Notes under the pieces: model-generated | The model's database searches: none | What the model was told of the DNA's origin: nothing | The model's input: the letters and a program-made list of their open reading frames with translations, nothing else | Program-made: the position numbers and the translations under genes | Shown here: positions 24,531 to 38,159 of the stretch, one piece after another | How positions within the stretch are numbered: position 1 is the stretch's first letter | Layout: the number at the start of each line of letters is the position of its first letter | Assembly (NCBI RefSeq): GCF_018977255.1 | Contig: NW_024704743.1 | Span: 45,386,001-45,450,000 of the forward strand | DNA: 64,000 bases | Direction: 5' to 3' | From: Callorhinchus milii | Lineage: Eukaryota

Positions 24531-27500
24531 TGCCAGCAGTGATTGCTTGTGGAGGCCCCAGACACCTGTGATGCACCATGGAAAGTAAATTTTCAGCTTC
24601 TCCAATGTACAAGCTAACAAACAGCTGTTGGCCTGGCCACCACACTTCTCAATGGGCACGATTGTGACCAAAGTAACAAGAGGGCCCTTCCCATTCCTAG
24701 GTCACTGGCCAACACACACAGGCTCCCAAAGGGCAGGAATAAAGAGAGAAACAACTTAGGGTTTATTGCCCCCCCCCCGACCCCCCCCATATTAGGCAAG
24801 GTCACACAAATCTGTAGGAAGCCATTTCTCCTCTTTTTTTCTGTGATTCCTTGGCTGAAAACCTAATGTAAAAATTTTACTGTGGCTGAAGGTTTCAGAC
24901 ATTTGTAGTTAGAGCTTTTTTTCCACTAAGAATGAGAAGATAAATAAATAATATATCTTCCTTGGTCCTGTAATCTTTTGGTCTGTGTGATAATATTCGA
25001 CCTTCATAGAGAGTCTGGTAGATTGACATGAAACCACATGAGGTCTAGCTAACAGAGAAATTGGTGTGGGGTGAAAACGCCAAGCACAGATTCTAAGCTT
25101 ACAGGGAATCAGCAGATGTCCACTTTCAGGAACTCCTACAAGTTCTGATACAGGAGGAAACTGCTGAAAAGACGCTGAAAATTATAACTGGGGTCAAAAA
25201 TGCAGTGTTTGCCACCTGGATTCGCAATTAATGACTCGGAGTCACAGATAATGTCTCTCACAATAACAGGAAGTGGATCACACTGACCTGTGAGGAAGAT
25301 CAAGCAGAAGTGGACTTCCTGTGGTGACACACTTTGCCTTACCAGCAGGAGTCACTATTTGCAACTCTGATTCTTTATTAATAATCAAGGCAGCAAATGA
25401 TCCCTATTTGCTACCCCCAATATCTCTCCTAAAAGCTCGATTGTAGCTTGGGATACGTTAGCTGCTTTTATAATTGGCGGTGCAGAGGGGGTAAAGAGTC
25501 TCAATGCTATTGTTAAGTATTTATGCTTTTATGTCTACACTGTTGAGAAAACCTCTTTAAATAAAAAAAATCTAAAATAAAGAGTTGCACATATCTTTTT
25601 CAAATTAAGATTATGATTTGAAAGAAAAAAACAGATATTAATATGAAAATGGGGCATGAGCATATGATGCTGAGTGTTAAAGAAAGAATTTCTACCAGTG
25701 TCCTCCTCAGAAAAAAATTAATGGTTCACACTATTGGCTGTTTGTGGGACATTGTTGTGCACAAATTTACTGCCGCATTCGCCCACAAGTTATACAGTCA
25801 TTACACTTTGCAGTATATCCTGTGAAATGCTTTGAGGTGTACTCCCAATGTGTCAGGAGCTATATCAAATGCAAGGATTATTAATATTATTATTATTTGT
25901 TATTATCATTGCTGTTATCTCAGGTTGATTTATTTTCTAATGTGTGTCTGTGTGTATTCCAGCTATTTAACTCGCACGGCAGTATACTGCATTGAATGGT
26001 CATTGTTCTTGTTAATCAATGTACAAAAAACATTATGGTCATGAGGAAGTGTTCACTGCAGGATTTTTGTGCACAGAACGTACACACAATACGATTTCTT
26101 AATGGAAGGAGAGAGGATTAAATAATAGAACCTTGTACAAACAACTATTTTGAATTTCATCCCAAACTGAATTACAATTATTGTTAAAGCTTTAGTCCTT
26201 TTCCTCACCCAGAAAAATAATGAGAATGAACATTTATGAAATGCATAGCCCATGCGGGCAAAGTGATACATCCAACGGTCTTCATCAGGCAAAGTAATAC
26301 ATCCGCCATAGGAATCCTGGTTTAGTGGTTAGAGCATGCGCAATTGGCGGCTGCGTTTCACCCACAAAATATACAGTCAATTCACCTTACAGTATATTCT
26401 GTGAGGCGCTTTGAGACGTCTCAATGACATGATAAAGCGCTATGTCAAATGGAACCATTATTATCAACTGTATTCTCAATGTCATACGCGCTTTCTTCTA
26501 TTTGGAACCAATGTGATGTTGAGTTGTACGAGAAAGAGCATTGCAGGTCCAATGTCTGGTCTATGTTGAGGCAGCTTATCCCTGACGGATGGTGGCAGAA
26601 GCATTAACATTAGTCTCAGTGCATGGACTAAGAAAAGGAGAATAGAATCCTTTATAGTTATGCAAGTTGAAAAGTTCACGTGTGTTTAGATGGTATGACG
26701 ACACTATCGGGCTTGTCTGTGATCCGTGCCCCCCATATTTTTTCCTGTTGACACCTACTGTCTGGACTCACACATGAAAATGAGCAGTTGACCAAGGTAT
26801 CATAAAGGGACCAACAAGTTTGGAATCGTACCACAGCCTGATGAGAGAACATTTGGGGAGGAGGGTGGGGAGGTTGGGAAGAAACATTCAAAATAAGTTT
26901 GGGCATCTGTTCACTTTGAATAATTGCCTATCATTGATTGTGCTTTCCATCACTGGCGGTGGGAGATGTGACCACTAGTCATACCCAGTTGCAATGTGAC
27001 AAGGTTACAAATTCTCTAGTTTTTTCTCTGTCAATAGAAACAACATTAGATTGAATACATGCCCGTTCAATAGATTTTGTTTGATACACTGAGTGACTGG
27101 CACATGTGGGAACACTTCACCATGTTTAAGTATAACCCAGACTGAATTCCTCTGAAGAGAAACTTCCCTGTGTCTGGAATGGGGTGTGCACTCTCTCCAG
27201 AGGGATGCATGTTACATACTTAATTCTGGAAAGTATTAGGTATAAGTTGCCAAGAGTCAAGGCTTGGGGACCCCAGAACATAGGTTCCAGTACTGATGGT
27301 TTAGTCAACAACAACTTGCATTTATATAATGTCCTTCAGGCAGGATAACGTCTCAGAGATCTTTTTCAAAAAAGTGAAGGGAGTTTCTCCTGGTGTCCTG
27401 GTCAATAATTCCTTAGATAAAATTGATCATTCATTTCACGCCTGTTTGTGTGACATGCTGTGTGCAAATTGGCTGCCGCAAATATATAATCGCTACACTT

Positions 27501-27859
27501 TAAATTAAATTCTGTGAAGGGCTTTGAGACATTTTGATGTTATAAATGATATTGAATGCAAAGATTATTAGTATTAATAATGTAGTATTAAATTCTGTAG
27601 CTTCTGATAACTATCATCAGTGATAATCGTTATATCGCACATTGTAAATTTTCCCCCAAGACTAGGAATTTGATATTATTTTTGGCAAACAGGAAAGATA
27701 GGATTAAGCCATTGACCTGTTGACATAGTTGATACTTGTATTTCATTACATAATCTTAGAAAATATTTAAAAGGAAATGGATAGTTATACTGAAAAAGCA
27801 TAATATCAAAAGTTATTTTAATATAATACAATTGCAATACAATTTACATTTAATTAATA

Positions 27860-28160
27860 ATGTAATAATCATTATATTTGATTTAATGCGTTTCGTATTG
27901 AAAGGGTATCTCAAAGCGCTTCACAGGATATTTTATAAATTTGAGTGACTGTGTAATTTGTGGGAGAATGCAACAGTTAATTTGCACACAGCAATTTTAT
28001 TTGGGGGATTATTGGCCAATACACTAGAAGAAACTCTCTTCTCTTTATGAATAGTGCCATACCATCTTGATATCATCCTGAACAGGGAGACTGGACCTCA
28101 GTTTAACATCTCATCTGGAGGATGGTATGTCTGACAATGCAGAACTGGAGTGTCAGGTCA
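27860..28160 (-). mobile_element. Old DeuSINE-type SINE (family C)
   Basis: Reverse-complement Deu body (gacctcagtttaacatctcatctggaggatgg) and tail. Confidence 0.72.
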
Positions 28161-28769
28161 GGGGGGCGTCCTGCATGAGGGTGTCCAAGCTGAGGGCGTC
28201 TCAAAGTGTTTAACAAAGCCGGATGCACACCTGAGCTAGGGGGTGGGAGTCAAGGGAGGAACAGAAAGCTCACTGAAAACTTGTTCAAAGTGATGTTTTT
28301 GAGATGAGGGGAGGAAGGAGCGAGAGAAAGGATGGAGAGAAACAGTTCCAGTGAAGTAGCTAGCACCAGCATAGTCTCAATGAGTAAAATGGCCTTCTTC
28401 TTGCTGTAATTTGTACGATTGTATAACAATTGTGAAGTTTATAGTTGGACCAAAATGATAAATGTCACAGCCAACTGCATCTTAGTTATAAAAATGTTTT
28501 AAATATGCATTAAATGTGCCACTTAAATTAAATAAGCATAATTTGTGTCCACATGCAATATATGCTCCTAAAATGCTGAGCCATCTTCAGATTACCAGCA
28601 GTCCAGTCCTTAAAACTGTACGGGCAGATCAATGGCCATTATTAAATGATAAATAAATAAAAGCTGGACTGAAATATCAGGTCAGGGTAAGGAATAATTT
28701 TATAAAGGATGGCTCATTGTTTCCACTTCCCTTGTAAATTTAAAACTGAGATTTGGCATGCTCTGAAAC

Positions 28770-29303
28770 TTTGGAACTTTCCCTCAATCCCTCCACCTTA
28801 TCCCCTCCTTCCCCATTTTCAGGTCACGCCTGAAGGCCTTCCTCTTTGACCGTGCTTACAGTTGTGGAGTCCTGTAGCTCAGTGGTTAGAGCACTCCCTT
28901 TGCAAGTGAGAGACCTGAGTTCAATTCCAGGCAGGGCGATACCTTGGGCAAGTTTCCTTACTCCACACAGAGCCTAATAATAATCCCTCCAAAACCAAAA
29001 ACAATAATAATTTGGTCATTTTCAATCAACGACTGTTTGTGGGACATTGCTGTGCGCAATGGGCTGCCGCGTTCGCCCACAAATGTACAGTCAATTCACT
29101 TTACAGTGTGTTCTGTGAAGCACTTTGGGACGTCCTCCCGACGTGAAAAGCGCTATATCAAATGCAAGGATTATTTATTTTTTATTTATTTATTACAGTC
29201 ACCTCCCCACTCTCTCCAGCTTGTCATCAGGCTCAGCCACTGTTAAGCGCTCCGAGATGCCACCCTGTGTGAAGGGCGCTATATAAATGCAAGTTGTTGT
29301 TGA
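28770..29303 (+). mobile_element. L2 3' fragment split by a family A SINE
   Basis: tggaactttccc...ttcctctttgaccgtgcttacagt | SINE | cacctcccc...gtgtgaagggcgctatataaatgcaag(ttg)n. Confidence 0.78.
28863..29192 (+). mobile_element. Young full-length SINE (family A) with 7-bp target site duplication
   Basis: Full head, body and tail; ttacagt at 28856-28862 and 29193-29199. Confidence 0.94.
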
Positions 29304-30810
29304 TGGTGGTGGTATGTCAAGCAATTAACATTGCTTTTAGAATGAAAAGGAGGTCAAACACTAAGATAGATGGAGACTTTTACTGGAATACAGAGAGCTA
29401 ACTCAGTTCTGATATCAATAATTGGATTTTCAGCTGTGCCTAAGGGGATAGAATAATTAACGCAGCTTTGAGTACCTCATTTCCTTCACTGTGCACTGTT
29501 TTCCCACTGATTGTCATCTTCCCAGAATATGACATATGATAATAGGAGTGTGCAAGTACAGTGGGTGACACATTCAGAACACAAAGAGCACTTCAAAACA
29601 ATTAAATAACCTTTAACAGACAGTTAAACAAAATATATTGTGCACTGCATTGCATACAGTGTTCTCAGTGGGATTTAAAGTGAACAACAAGATTACATTT
29701 GGATAGCGCCTTTCATGTCGGGAGGACGTCGCATCTAGTTCCAAACAGATTTAACAAATAAGTTCTACATAAGTTCTCGTGCTTCATGAATTATTGTACA
29801 TTATTGCACCTCAGCACTCTTCCATGTGCATTATTGCACCTCAGCACCTATGGAAGAGTATGAAGTGGTGAGGTAGAGGTAAGTGACTTAACATAATACT
29901 GACCAGACTTGGTTCCAAAGTGACACTATGACAATGAAGATCAAAATTGAATCAATCCACTGTTCATGAGCCAGGTGGGTCCACAGTATTCGATAACTGA
30001 CCAGTCAGTCTGGCTCATTAGCAGGAAATGAAGGAGCAGAGCAGTCAATGGGACCTGGGATTCTTCTGTTAACCCTACAAGCTAAAGCTCTAATGCTCTA
30101 CCTGGATATGCAGAAGGAAGTTTACCAGTGCTCTGCAATGGTAAGCAATGCGGGTTTAGTTGCTTAAATTCCAGCAAATACCCCAATGCGCACCCAACCT
30201 GTACCTGAATTCTCCAGAATTAGGTAAGCAAGGTGCATCCCTTTGGTGAGAGAGTGTGGACTCCATACCGGAGAAACAGAAACCATACATATGTGAAACT
30301 GTCAGTAGTTTAGTTTTGAAACTCTTAAGTCTACTAGCACCTGGGGATGTCCTCCCGACGTGAAGTGTGCTATATAAATGTAAATTTATATTGTATGAAC
30401 GATTATGAGTCTTTTACTTAGATTGCTCTTTTAAAGTCCTTTTGATATTGATATTGCTACTTGCAAGCAAGAAACAAATGGTGAGTAAATGTTGCATCGT
30501 GGTAACAGTGTCAGTGTGCATTAACATCCTGCTGCTGTCTGCCACACATGCAGCACCATCGGTCATGTGAATAAAAGGAAGCCATGACATTTGAAAACTG
30601 CCCAGGTCATGTCAAGGTGTTCCATTTTTGACATCAATGTTTGGAGGACCCTATAGGAAGCATCAGGGCTTGTATTGCTCTGTGCTGAGTGTCTCAGGGG
30701 AACCTGAAGTATGCACTTTACTGTGAAGAGCATTGACATGCTTATTGCTAGTCTGTAAATCTGCTTCACATTAGGAAGAATTGAAAACTACACCACTGTT
30801 GTTTTCTGGA

Positions 30811-31627
30811 GAATCATAGAATCATAGAATATTACAGCACAGAAGGAACTGTGCCTTTGACGACTTGTGCCTGTGCCACCGTGACTGTGCCGACTCTTTG
30901 GAAGTGCTCCCCCTCCCCCGTTCTTTCCCCATTTTTTTCCTTTTCAAGTACGTATCCAATTCCCTTTTGAAAGTTTTTATTGAATCTGTTTCCACCACCC
31001 TTTCAGGCAGTACATTCCAAACCGTAACAACTCTCTGTGTAAAAACAAATTCTCCTCATCTCCCCTCTGGTTCTTTTGCCAATTATCTTAAATCTATGTC
31101 CCATGGTTACCGACCCACCTGCCAGTGAAAACAGTTCCTCCTTATCTACGCTATTAAAACCTTTCATAATGTTGAACACCTCTGATAAATCTCCCCTTAA
31201 TCTTCTCAACTTCTCTAGTCTCTCCACATAACTAAAGACCCTCATCCCTGGTACCATTCTGGTAAATCTCTTCTGCACACTCTCCAACTCCTTGTTATCC
31301 TTTGTAAAGTGTGATGCCCAGAATTGTATACAATACTCCAGCTGAGGCCTAACAGTGATAATAAAAATAATAATTTACAGAGGGAAAGCAGAGCTTCCTT
31401 GCTTTTGTACTCTGTGCCTCTATTTATAAAGCCAAGGATCCCATATGTTTTTTTTAACAGCACTATCCACCTGTCCTGCCACATTCAAAGACTTGTGTAT
31501 GTGAATCCCCAGGTCTCTCCACTCCTGTACCCTCTTTAAAACTGTAACACTTATTGTATATTGCCTCTCCTCATTTTTCCTCCCAAAATGCATCACCTTA
31601 CCCTTCTGTGCATTAAATTTCATCTGC
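30811..31627 (-). mobile_element. CR1 LINE 3' fragment
   Basis: MKFNAQKGKVMHFGRKN, RDLGIHIHKSL, GILGFINRG, ESVQKRFTRMVPGM, RRLRGDL; (ttctatga)n tail. Confidence 0.92.
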
Positions 31628-32448
31628 TATGAAGTTTAATGTCAGATGAAGTTTTAGAACTTACTCATTTGTAATTGCCGTATTATCTTCTGTATCAATA
31701 CAACAAGTGTCAAGGAGAAATGTTGAGGTCCAATACAACTGCAAATGGAATTGTTCAAATAGGGAATCCTGACATCCATAATGCTGACACCCACATATTC
31801 CCCTGACACAACCAGCTTCCAGAGTGGTGGAGTTTCCAAGATGTAATGCAGCAAGATGTAATTCCGGATTTCTTAATTCAAAAATCTCATTTAAAATTGC
31901 ATGTTCTGGATCTCCCTGAACTTGCTCTGTCCTCTTAGTCCACTGCAGTTGAAAAGATCTTTTTTCATACATGGGGGAAAATTGTATTGTTTTCAGCTTT
32001 GCTGAGAACGTGTGATCCTTGCCATGTGAGATGAGAAAATGGCTTCATTTCAAAATAATCACACACAGCAAAGTAAGAATTATTGTCCAAGAGAAATACA
32101 AGGATTGTTCTTATTTTAATGAGTAGCAAACAGTGGCCGTGGAAATGGTTTCACAATCATCCATATAGCATCTGTTGGCACCTGGATTCCAACAAGTGAG
32201 TTCAGATCTCAGATTAGGGTATGAGGTGGATTTTGGAAAAACAATGAGGTGAGACCAGAGCAAATGGATGAGTCACGCTCATTTAGTATTCTAAAAGGAT
32301 ATCAGTCTCAGCAAAATTATAATGCAAATCCAGCTTCCCTTTGGAATACTAAATAGGACATGAGTTTCACAGAATTAGTTTGCTCAGCCCCTCCTCCCCC
32401 CTTCACGAGACATCTTTTGCTGGTTCAATCGCCTCTCATGTAGACTCA

Positions 32449-32775
32449 TGTGGAGTCCTGTAGCTCAGTGGTTAGAGCACTCGCTTTGCAAGTTAGAGAC
32501 CTGAGTTCAATTCCAGACAGGGCGAAACCTTGGGCAAGTTTCCTTACTCCACACGCCTAATAATAATCCCTTCAAAAAACAAAACAATAATAAATTGGTC
32601 ATTTTCAATCTACGACTGTTTGTGGGACATTGCTGTGCGCAATTGGCTGCCGCGTTCGCCCACAAATATACAGTCAATTCACTTTACAGTGTGTTCTGTG
32701 AAGCGCTTTGGGACGTCCTCCCGACGTGAAAAGCGCTATATCAAATGCAAGGATTATTATTATTATTATTATTAT
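32449..32775 (+). mobile_element. Young full-length SINE (family A)
   Basis: Near-identical to other family A copies. Confidence 0.94.
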
Positions 32776-33464
32776 GTAGAGATCAGTCTCTCCTGAGCAT
32801 TGGCAAAATGTCTTGTCAAATGGGTTTGTAGGGCTTTGAGGACTATGAAATCAGATAAGCAAATTGTCAAGTGACTTTCCTTTTAATATTGAGAATAGGG
32901 GGTTATTCTGAGATGACTCTATACCCAAAAAATCTGCAAGCTAATCAGCTTTTAATCATGGCTCTGTGAGAATGGAAAATAAGTCGTCTTCTAATTGGCA
33001 AATTTATATCACACTAGATCATTTAAACCACACTAATAACTGCACCATGTTTCATACATTCCAAGAATGCTCGGCTCCACTGAATAATTCTGACTCAATG
33101 ATTGTGTCTTTTATGGTCTTATTATTCCGCATAATTTTGATTAGGAGCTGTATTAGGCTCTTTGCACATTGTGTTCAAATGGTCAATACGTAACAATTCC
33201 CGAAAGGTCTTACTCTCTAAGAACAGCATCAAGCAATGCTGCTGGAATATCAGAGCAGCACATTCAGTGACTTGTCTACCAAAAGAATACGGTCTTTAGT
33301 AAATCTTGTCCTGCAATAACAAGTCCTCAATGTCACTGGATATCAAGGCTAACCGACGGGTGTGGATCAGCAACCGGCTGAAGGGAAGGAAGCAGAGGGT
33401 CATTTTAAGGGGAGCTTGTTCAAAATAGACATTTAGTGCCGTACCTTTGGGGTTGATTGCAAAA

Positions 33465-33820
33465 GTAATCCTAGTATTTGAGGTGGCGCCTTATTACATC
33501 ATTGAAACAACTCAAAGTGCTTTACCGAATATATTGTAAAGTGAATTGAATGTATACTTTATTGGCAAAATGCAGCAGCCAATTGCGCATAGCAGGTTCC
33601 CACAAACATTCGTGGATTGAGTGACAATTGTTTGTAGGAGGTCTATTACCCCCAGAAAGCAATCTGCCAATTGTCTAACAACCAGGTTCCCACTTACTGC
33701 TAGGTAAACAGAGGCGTGTGGAGTAAGGAAACTTGTCTAAGGTTTCGCCCTGCCCAGTAATTGAATCCAGGTCCTCTCGCCTCCAAGGCGAGTGCTGAAG
33801 CAAGTATGCTACTGGACATC
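33465..33820 (-). mobile_element. Long older SINE (family B)
   Basis: ccaggttcccacttactgctaggtaaacagaggcgtgtggagtaaggaaacttg = reverse complement of the long internal segment and head. Confidence 0.86.
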
Positions 33821-35222
33821 TAATTGAAAGAAGACACTTTCAACAATATAGTTGCTGTTTGATTTTTTTTCTAATTGGCAAATTTAAATCACACTAGATC
33901 ATTTAAAACACACAAATAACTGTAGCATATTTCATACATTCCAAGAATTGATGCTGTTCTTGGAAAGTAGACCCTTTCGGGAATTGCTATGCAATGGCCA
34001 TCTGATCACAATGATGATGTTGGAACTCCTCTTGTGACTCCTCCTGTTCCTTGTATACATAAATGGCCTGGATTTTTACAGACTCTGCTAGATAATTTCA
34101 TAGGAGGGATTACAGGAACATTCAGGATGTTACAAAGAAAGATTAATAGGGTATTGCCTGAACTGTTCACTGGTAAAGTAAAATGAAGTTCAATACAGGC
34201 ACTGATTGTATTGACCTAGTTGCTCACTCAACTCACAGAGCCTTTGCGGACTCTCTGCATTTTGTTTGATGTTCCTTTAAACCTTTCATCAAGGCTCCTT
34301 TCTTCCTTCTCTGTAACATTGGCTACTTCTGACACTGCTTCAACCCCAATGCAGTCAAAACCCTCATCTACGCTTTTGTCACCCTCCAGACTCAACAGCT
34401 TGAACACCCTGCTTACCAGCCTCTTAGCTCTAACCCCCACAAAGCTCCAGATCACAAATACACAGTCACTACATTTTACAGCAAATCCTGTGAAGTGTTT
34501 TGACAATGCGATAGGTGCTATATCAAATGCATTTTTTAATTATTATTTTGTTGCTTGCTTCCAGTCTGTCGGAACCTGACCAGTGGTGATTGACTCCCTC
34601 ATAATGTCTGTCAGCACTTCATAAATCTCCTGCCTTGTCTCTCTAAGTATCCTAGGATATGATTCATCCATCCTGGGGGATTCATCGTTTTTCAACGCCA
34701 TAGCCTATCTAGAAAACTAAAAGATTTGAATCTGTAACTTTATAATGTTTGGCTGGTTGAAAGGACACAAGTAAAACATTGAAAAACCTCAAATGAAAAC
34801 ACATATTATGAGATTTTATTCCATGTAGAATAGATATTTGTAATACAAAGCAATTTCCTGATATGCAGCTGTTAGATACATTGGAATGGGAGCAGGGGCC
34901 AAGATCATGACAGTGTCGGAACACAATTTGGGAATGTTACTGGGATCCTGTTCATTTTGTTTATTGCTGCCTCACACTGTTTGAACATAGTGAGTGACCA
35001 GTCATTTAGCATCCCCAGTTTCTTCCAGCTGCCTTTGGGATATCCTCGTTGTAATTTGTTGTTGTTTGAAGGAGTCCAGGGATGGTTCACTAGATTAATA
35101 TGTGAGCTGAAGGCAAGATACTACCTTTCGTGAAGCACACTATATAAATGCAAGGTGTTAAAGTTAACATTGTTAGTGTTAATACCTGGTTTGGGATGAA
35201 GGCTGGGTCAACTGAGGTTAGC

Positions 35223-35739
35223 TAATAATAATAATCCTTGCATTTGACATAGCACATTATCACGTTGTCGAAATGTCTCAAAGCACTTCACAGGATAAAC
35301 TGTAAAGTGATTTTGATAGTGCTTTTTGTGGGAAAAACCCAGCAGCTGGTTTGCATGCAGCAATTGTCCCATAAACAGCCATGAAGTGAGTGTTCAACTT
35401 TATTTCAGGATTTGTTGGCCTGGACACTGGGAGATACAACAACAAAGAAAACAACAAATGACATTTGTAAAGCGGCTTTTCACATCAGGAGGACGAGGCA
35501 ATACTCCCTTCTCTTTTCTAATAGTGCCATAGGGTCTTTAACATCCACATGAATCAGCAGATGGGACCTCAGTTTAACATCTCATCTGAAGAACAGCACC
35601 TCCGACAATGCAGTACACCCCCAGCACTGCATTGGAGTGTCAGCTTAGACAATGTGATTTCAAATCCCAAAGTGAAGCTTGAACCCACAACCTTTTGACT
35701 CATAGGTGAGAGTGCTATCACTGTGCCAGGCTGACACAC
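35223..35739 (-). mobile_element. Full-length old DeuSINE-type SINE (family C) with an L2 tail inserted at ~35436-35496
   Basis: Tail, Deu body and head (ttgaacccacaacc...gagtgctatcactgtgccaggctgacac) all visible. Confidence 0.85.
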
Positions 35740-36149
35740 TTAATAGGTTTGCAGAAGGGTAAGCAGTGGTGCACAAGCTCCACACTTACAACTGGTGGAA
35801 ACATCGCTGAATCGGCTGGGATGTGGGTCCAAGCTGTGGGCAGGAAGGTGGTGGCATTGCTCTCACACATTGTATGCTGAGCTGTGTTGCCTACCAGGAA
35901 TGCTGGGGTGGGGGGAAGTAAACTGAATCATTCCAAGGTGACATGTTTGGCAAAGGAATATCAGAATCACCAACCCTCTGTGGCAGTCTCGACAGTGCAG
36001 TTCGGAAAATGAATTCAATCTTGAGGAGACTGCATTTTACATCACAGAACAATTCAGTAACTGGATTTTTCTTCTTTGCTGTACACCTTTTCAAATATAT
36101 TTGAATTAAAGCAGTATTACATTAGGATGTAACAATACAGTTGAACAAG

Positions 36150-36383
36150 AGGATATAGGTTTAGAGTCATAAAGGGCAATTTCAGGACAGACACCAGGAA
36201 GTTTGTCTTTAATCAACGAGTGGAACAGGTTGTCAGGAAAGTTGGTGGAAGCCAGGACACTGGACTCTTACAAAAAGCAGCTTGATACTTAGATGTGAGG
36301 GTGGCAGGGTGGATGTTCTGGAAGGATGAGATCAGATGGGCCAAAAAGCGTTCTTCATCCAAACTAATCTTATGATCTTGTGA
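36150..36383 (+). mobile_element. CR1 3' fragment
   Basis: ttcaggacagacaccaggaagtttgtcttt...gagtggaacaggttg...gatgggccaaaaagcgttcttcatc...tcttatgatcttgtga. Confidence 0.72.
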
Positions 36384-36748
36384 ATGGCCAACACGAGTAC
36401 TCCCACTGGATGATCAATTTCCTCTGACAAAATTAATCACCTGTTATAAGCTCCAAACATGTGAGTCCTAATTGCTTCCTATTATAAAAATTACATATGT
36501 TGTGCCATTTCAGTGCCATTTGAATGGATGGACAAGAAGGTGAAATGTCACAGTAATATCAAAGCTCATTACTAACCAACAACATGCAACTGAATAACAA
36601 CGTTCATGTGGGGTTCATGTCTCAAATTGCTTCACAGAAACACTAGACAGCCTTAAGGCGGAAGGAGAGGAAGGAGGATTTAAGGCTATTGACCAAAGTA
36701 TGGTCAAACAAGTACATTTTAAGGAAGTTTTTAAAGGCCAAAGGAGAA

Positions 36749-37075
36749 GTGGAGTCCTGTAGCTCAGTGGTTAGAGCACTTGCTTTGCAAGCAAGACACC
36801 TGGGTTCAATTCCAGGCAGGGCGAAACCTTGGGCAAGTTTCCTTACTCCACACGCCTAATAATAATCCCTCCAAAAACCCAAAACAATAATAAATTGGTC
36901 ATTTTCAATCTACGACTGTTTGTGGGACATTGCTGTGCGCAATTGGCTGCCGCGTTCGCCCACAAAATATACAGTCAATTCACTTTACAGTATATTCTGT
37001 GAAGCGCTTTGGGACGTCCTCCCGACGTGAAAAGCGCTATATCAAATGCAAGGATTATTATTATTATTATTATTA
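36749..37075 (+). mobile_element. Young full-length SINE (family A)
   Basis: Near-identical to other family A copies. Confidence 0.94.
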
Positions 37076-38014
37076 AGGTTGGAGGTGAAGGGATTTTAAT
37101 CATTTGGTTCAGCAGGAGGACTCCTAAAATGCTTCACAAGACACTGTAAAGTGGAGTGACTCTATGTTTTGTGGGTGAACACGGCAACCAAGTTGAACCC
37201 AGTAACGTCTCACAAACAGCCATTAAGTGAATAATCAATTTTATGTTGAAAGAATATCCCAAATTTATACCATGAAATCTCACAACTTTAAGGCTTTAAA
37301 CTCTTATTTTAAATATTATTTTAGTCTAATTGCTGGCTCCCTGAGGCAGAAAAATAACAGACACAGCCCAGTAATTCTCAACATGATGAACTCCTTATTC
37401 CAATCACTCCAATGAGGTCAGTTGCCAAGTGTAGATTATATATGCTCTCATTGTGGCTAAGAGCATTACATGCCAACAGTTCTATTAACACTCTGTAGTC
37501 CTATAGCTTCAATGCAGCCCTTTCACTTGGTCTGTGGATGCTGGGAGATCCCTGGATCCTAATAGGATTAGGATGCTATTGGGATTCAGAGGTATTCAGG
37601 GCTAATAAACAAACAGCATTGTGTTATTTTCATTGGGGAGCTGGATAAAGAGAGAGAACATTTCTTGATCTTATCTCTGGCAGCACCCAGTGCTGAGGCA
37701 GGCACTAAATCAAGGTTCAGAGTTAATAAATTCAACTAAGGACAACAGGTCAAGGAACAACAGGCCACATATGGGCTATGCCATGAGTATCACTGATCTA
37801 AAGAAATCATCAGCTTTTTTGTTCTGTTGCCAGAACCATCAATCCAAAAAATAATTCAACAGGGAATATGAACCTATTATTTTCCATGCAGCCATCAATC
37901 CACATTTCAGTCCTGTTCTTCTAAGACATGATTTGAATTTCAGAAGCAGTATTGAATAAATTATAATTGTTGATAAATAAATAAACAAACAAGCCTTGTA
38001 TTTCATTTTGTGCT

Positions 38015-38155
38015 TATAATAATAATAATAATCCTTGCATTTCATATGGCGCCTTATCAGGTCTTCGAGCCATCTCAAAGCTGTTCACAGAATATACTGT
38101 AAAGTGAATTGACTGTATATTTTGTGGGCGAAATGCAGCAGCCGATTGCGCACAG
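38015..38155 (-). mobile_element. Older SINE (family B) 3' part
   Basis: aataatccttgcatttcatatggcgccttatcaggtcttcgagccatctcaaagc...ttttgtgggcgaaatgcagcagcc. Confidence 0.78.
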
Positions 38156-38159
38156 TAAT

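Noticed and set aside
28944..29246. Recurrent ORF MGKFPYST...KCKDYYYY (also at 346, 15481, 32530, 47520, 57066, 61177)
   Set aside because: Translation of the family A SINE body; mostly TTG/GTG starts, and poly-Tyr comes from the (tta)n tail. Not a gene family.
32453..32524. Apparent tRNA-Ala(UGC) genes
   Set aside because: SINE heads: always fused to the same body and tail, T stem mispaired, and no G3:U70 alanine identity pair.
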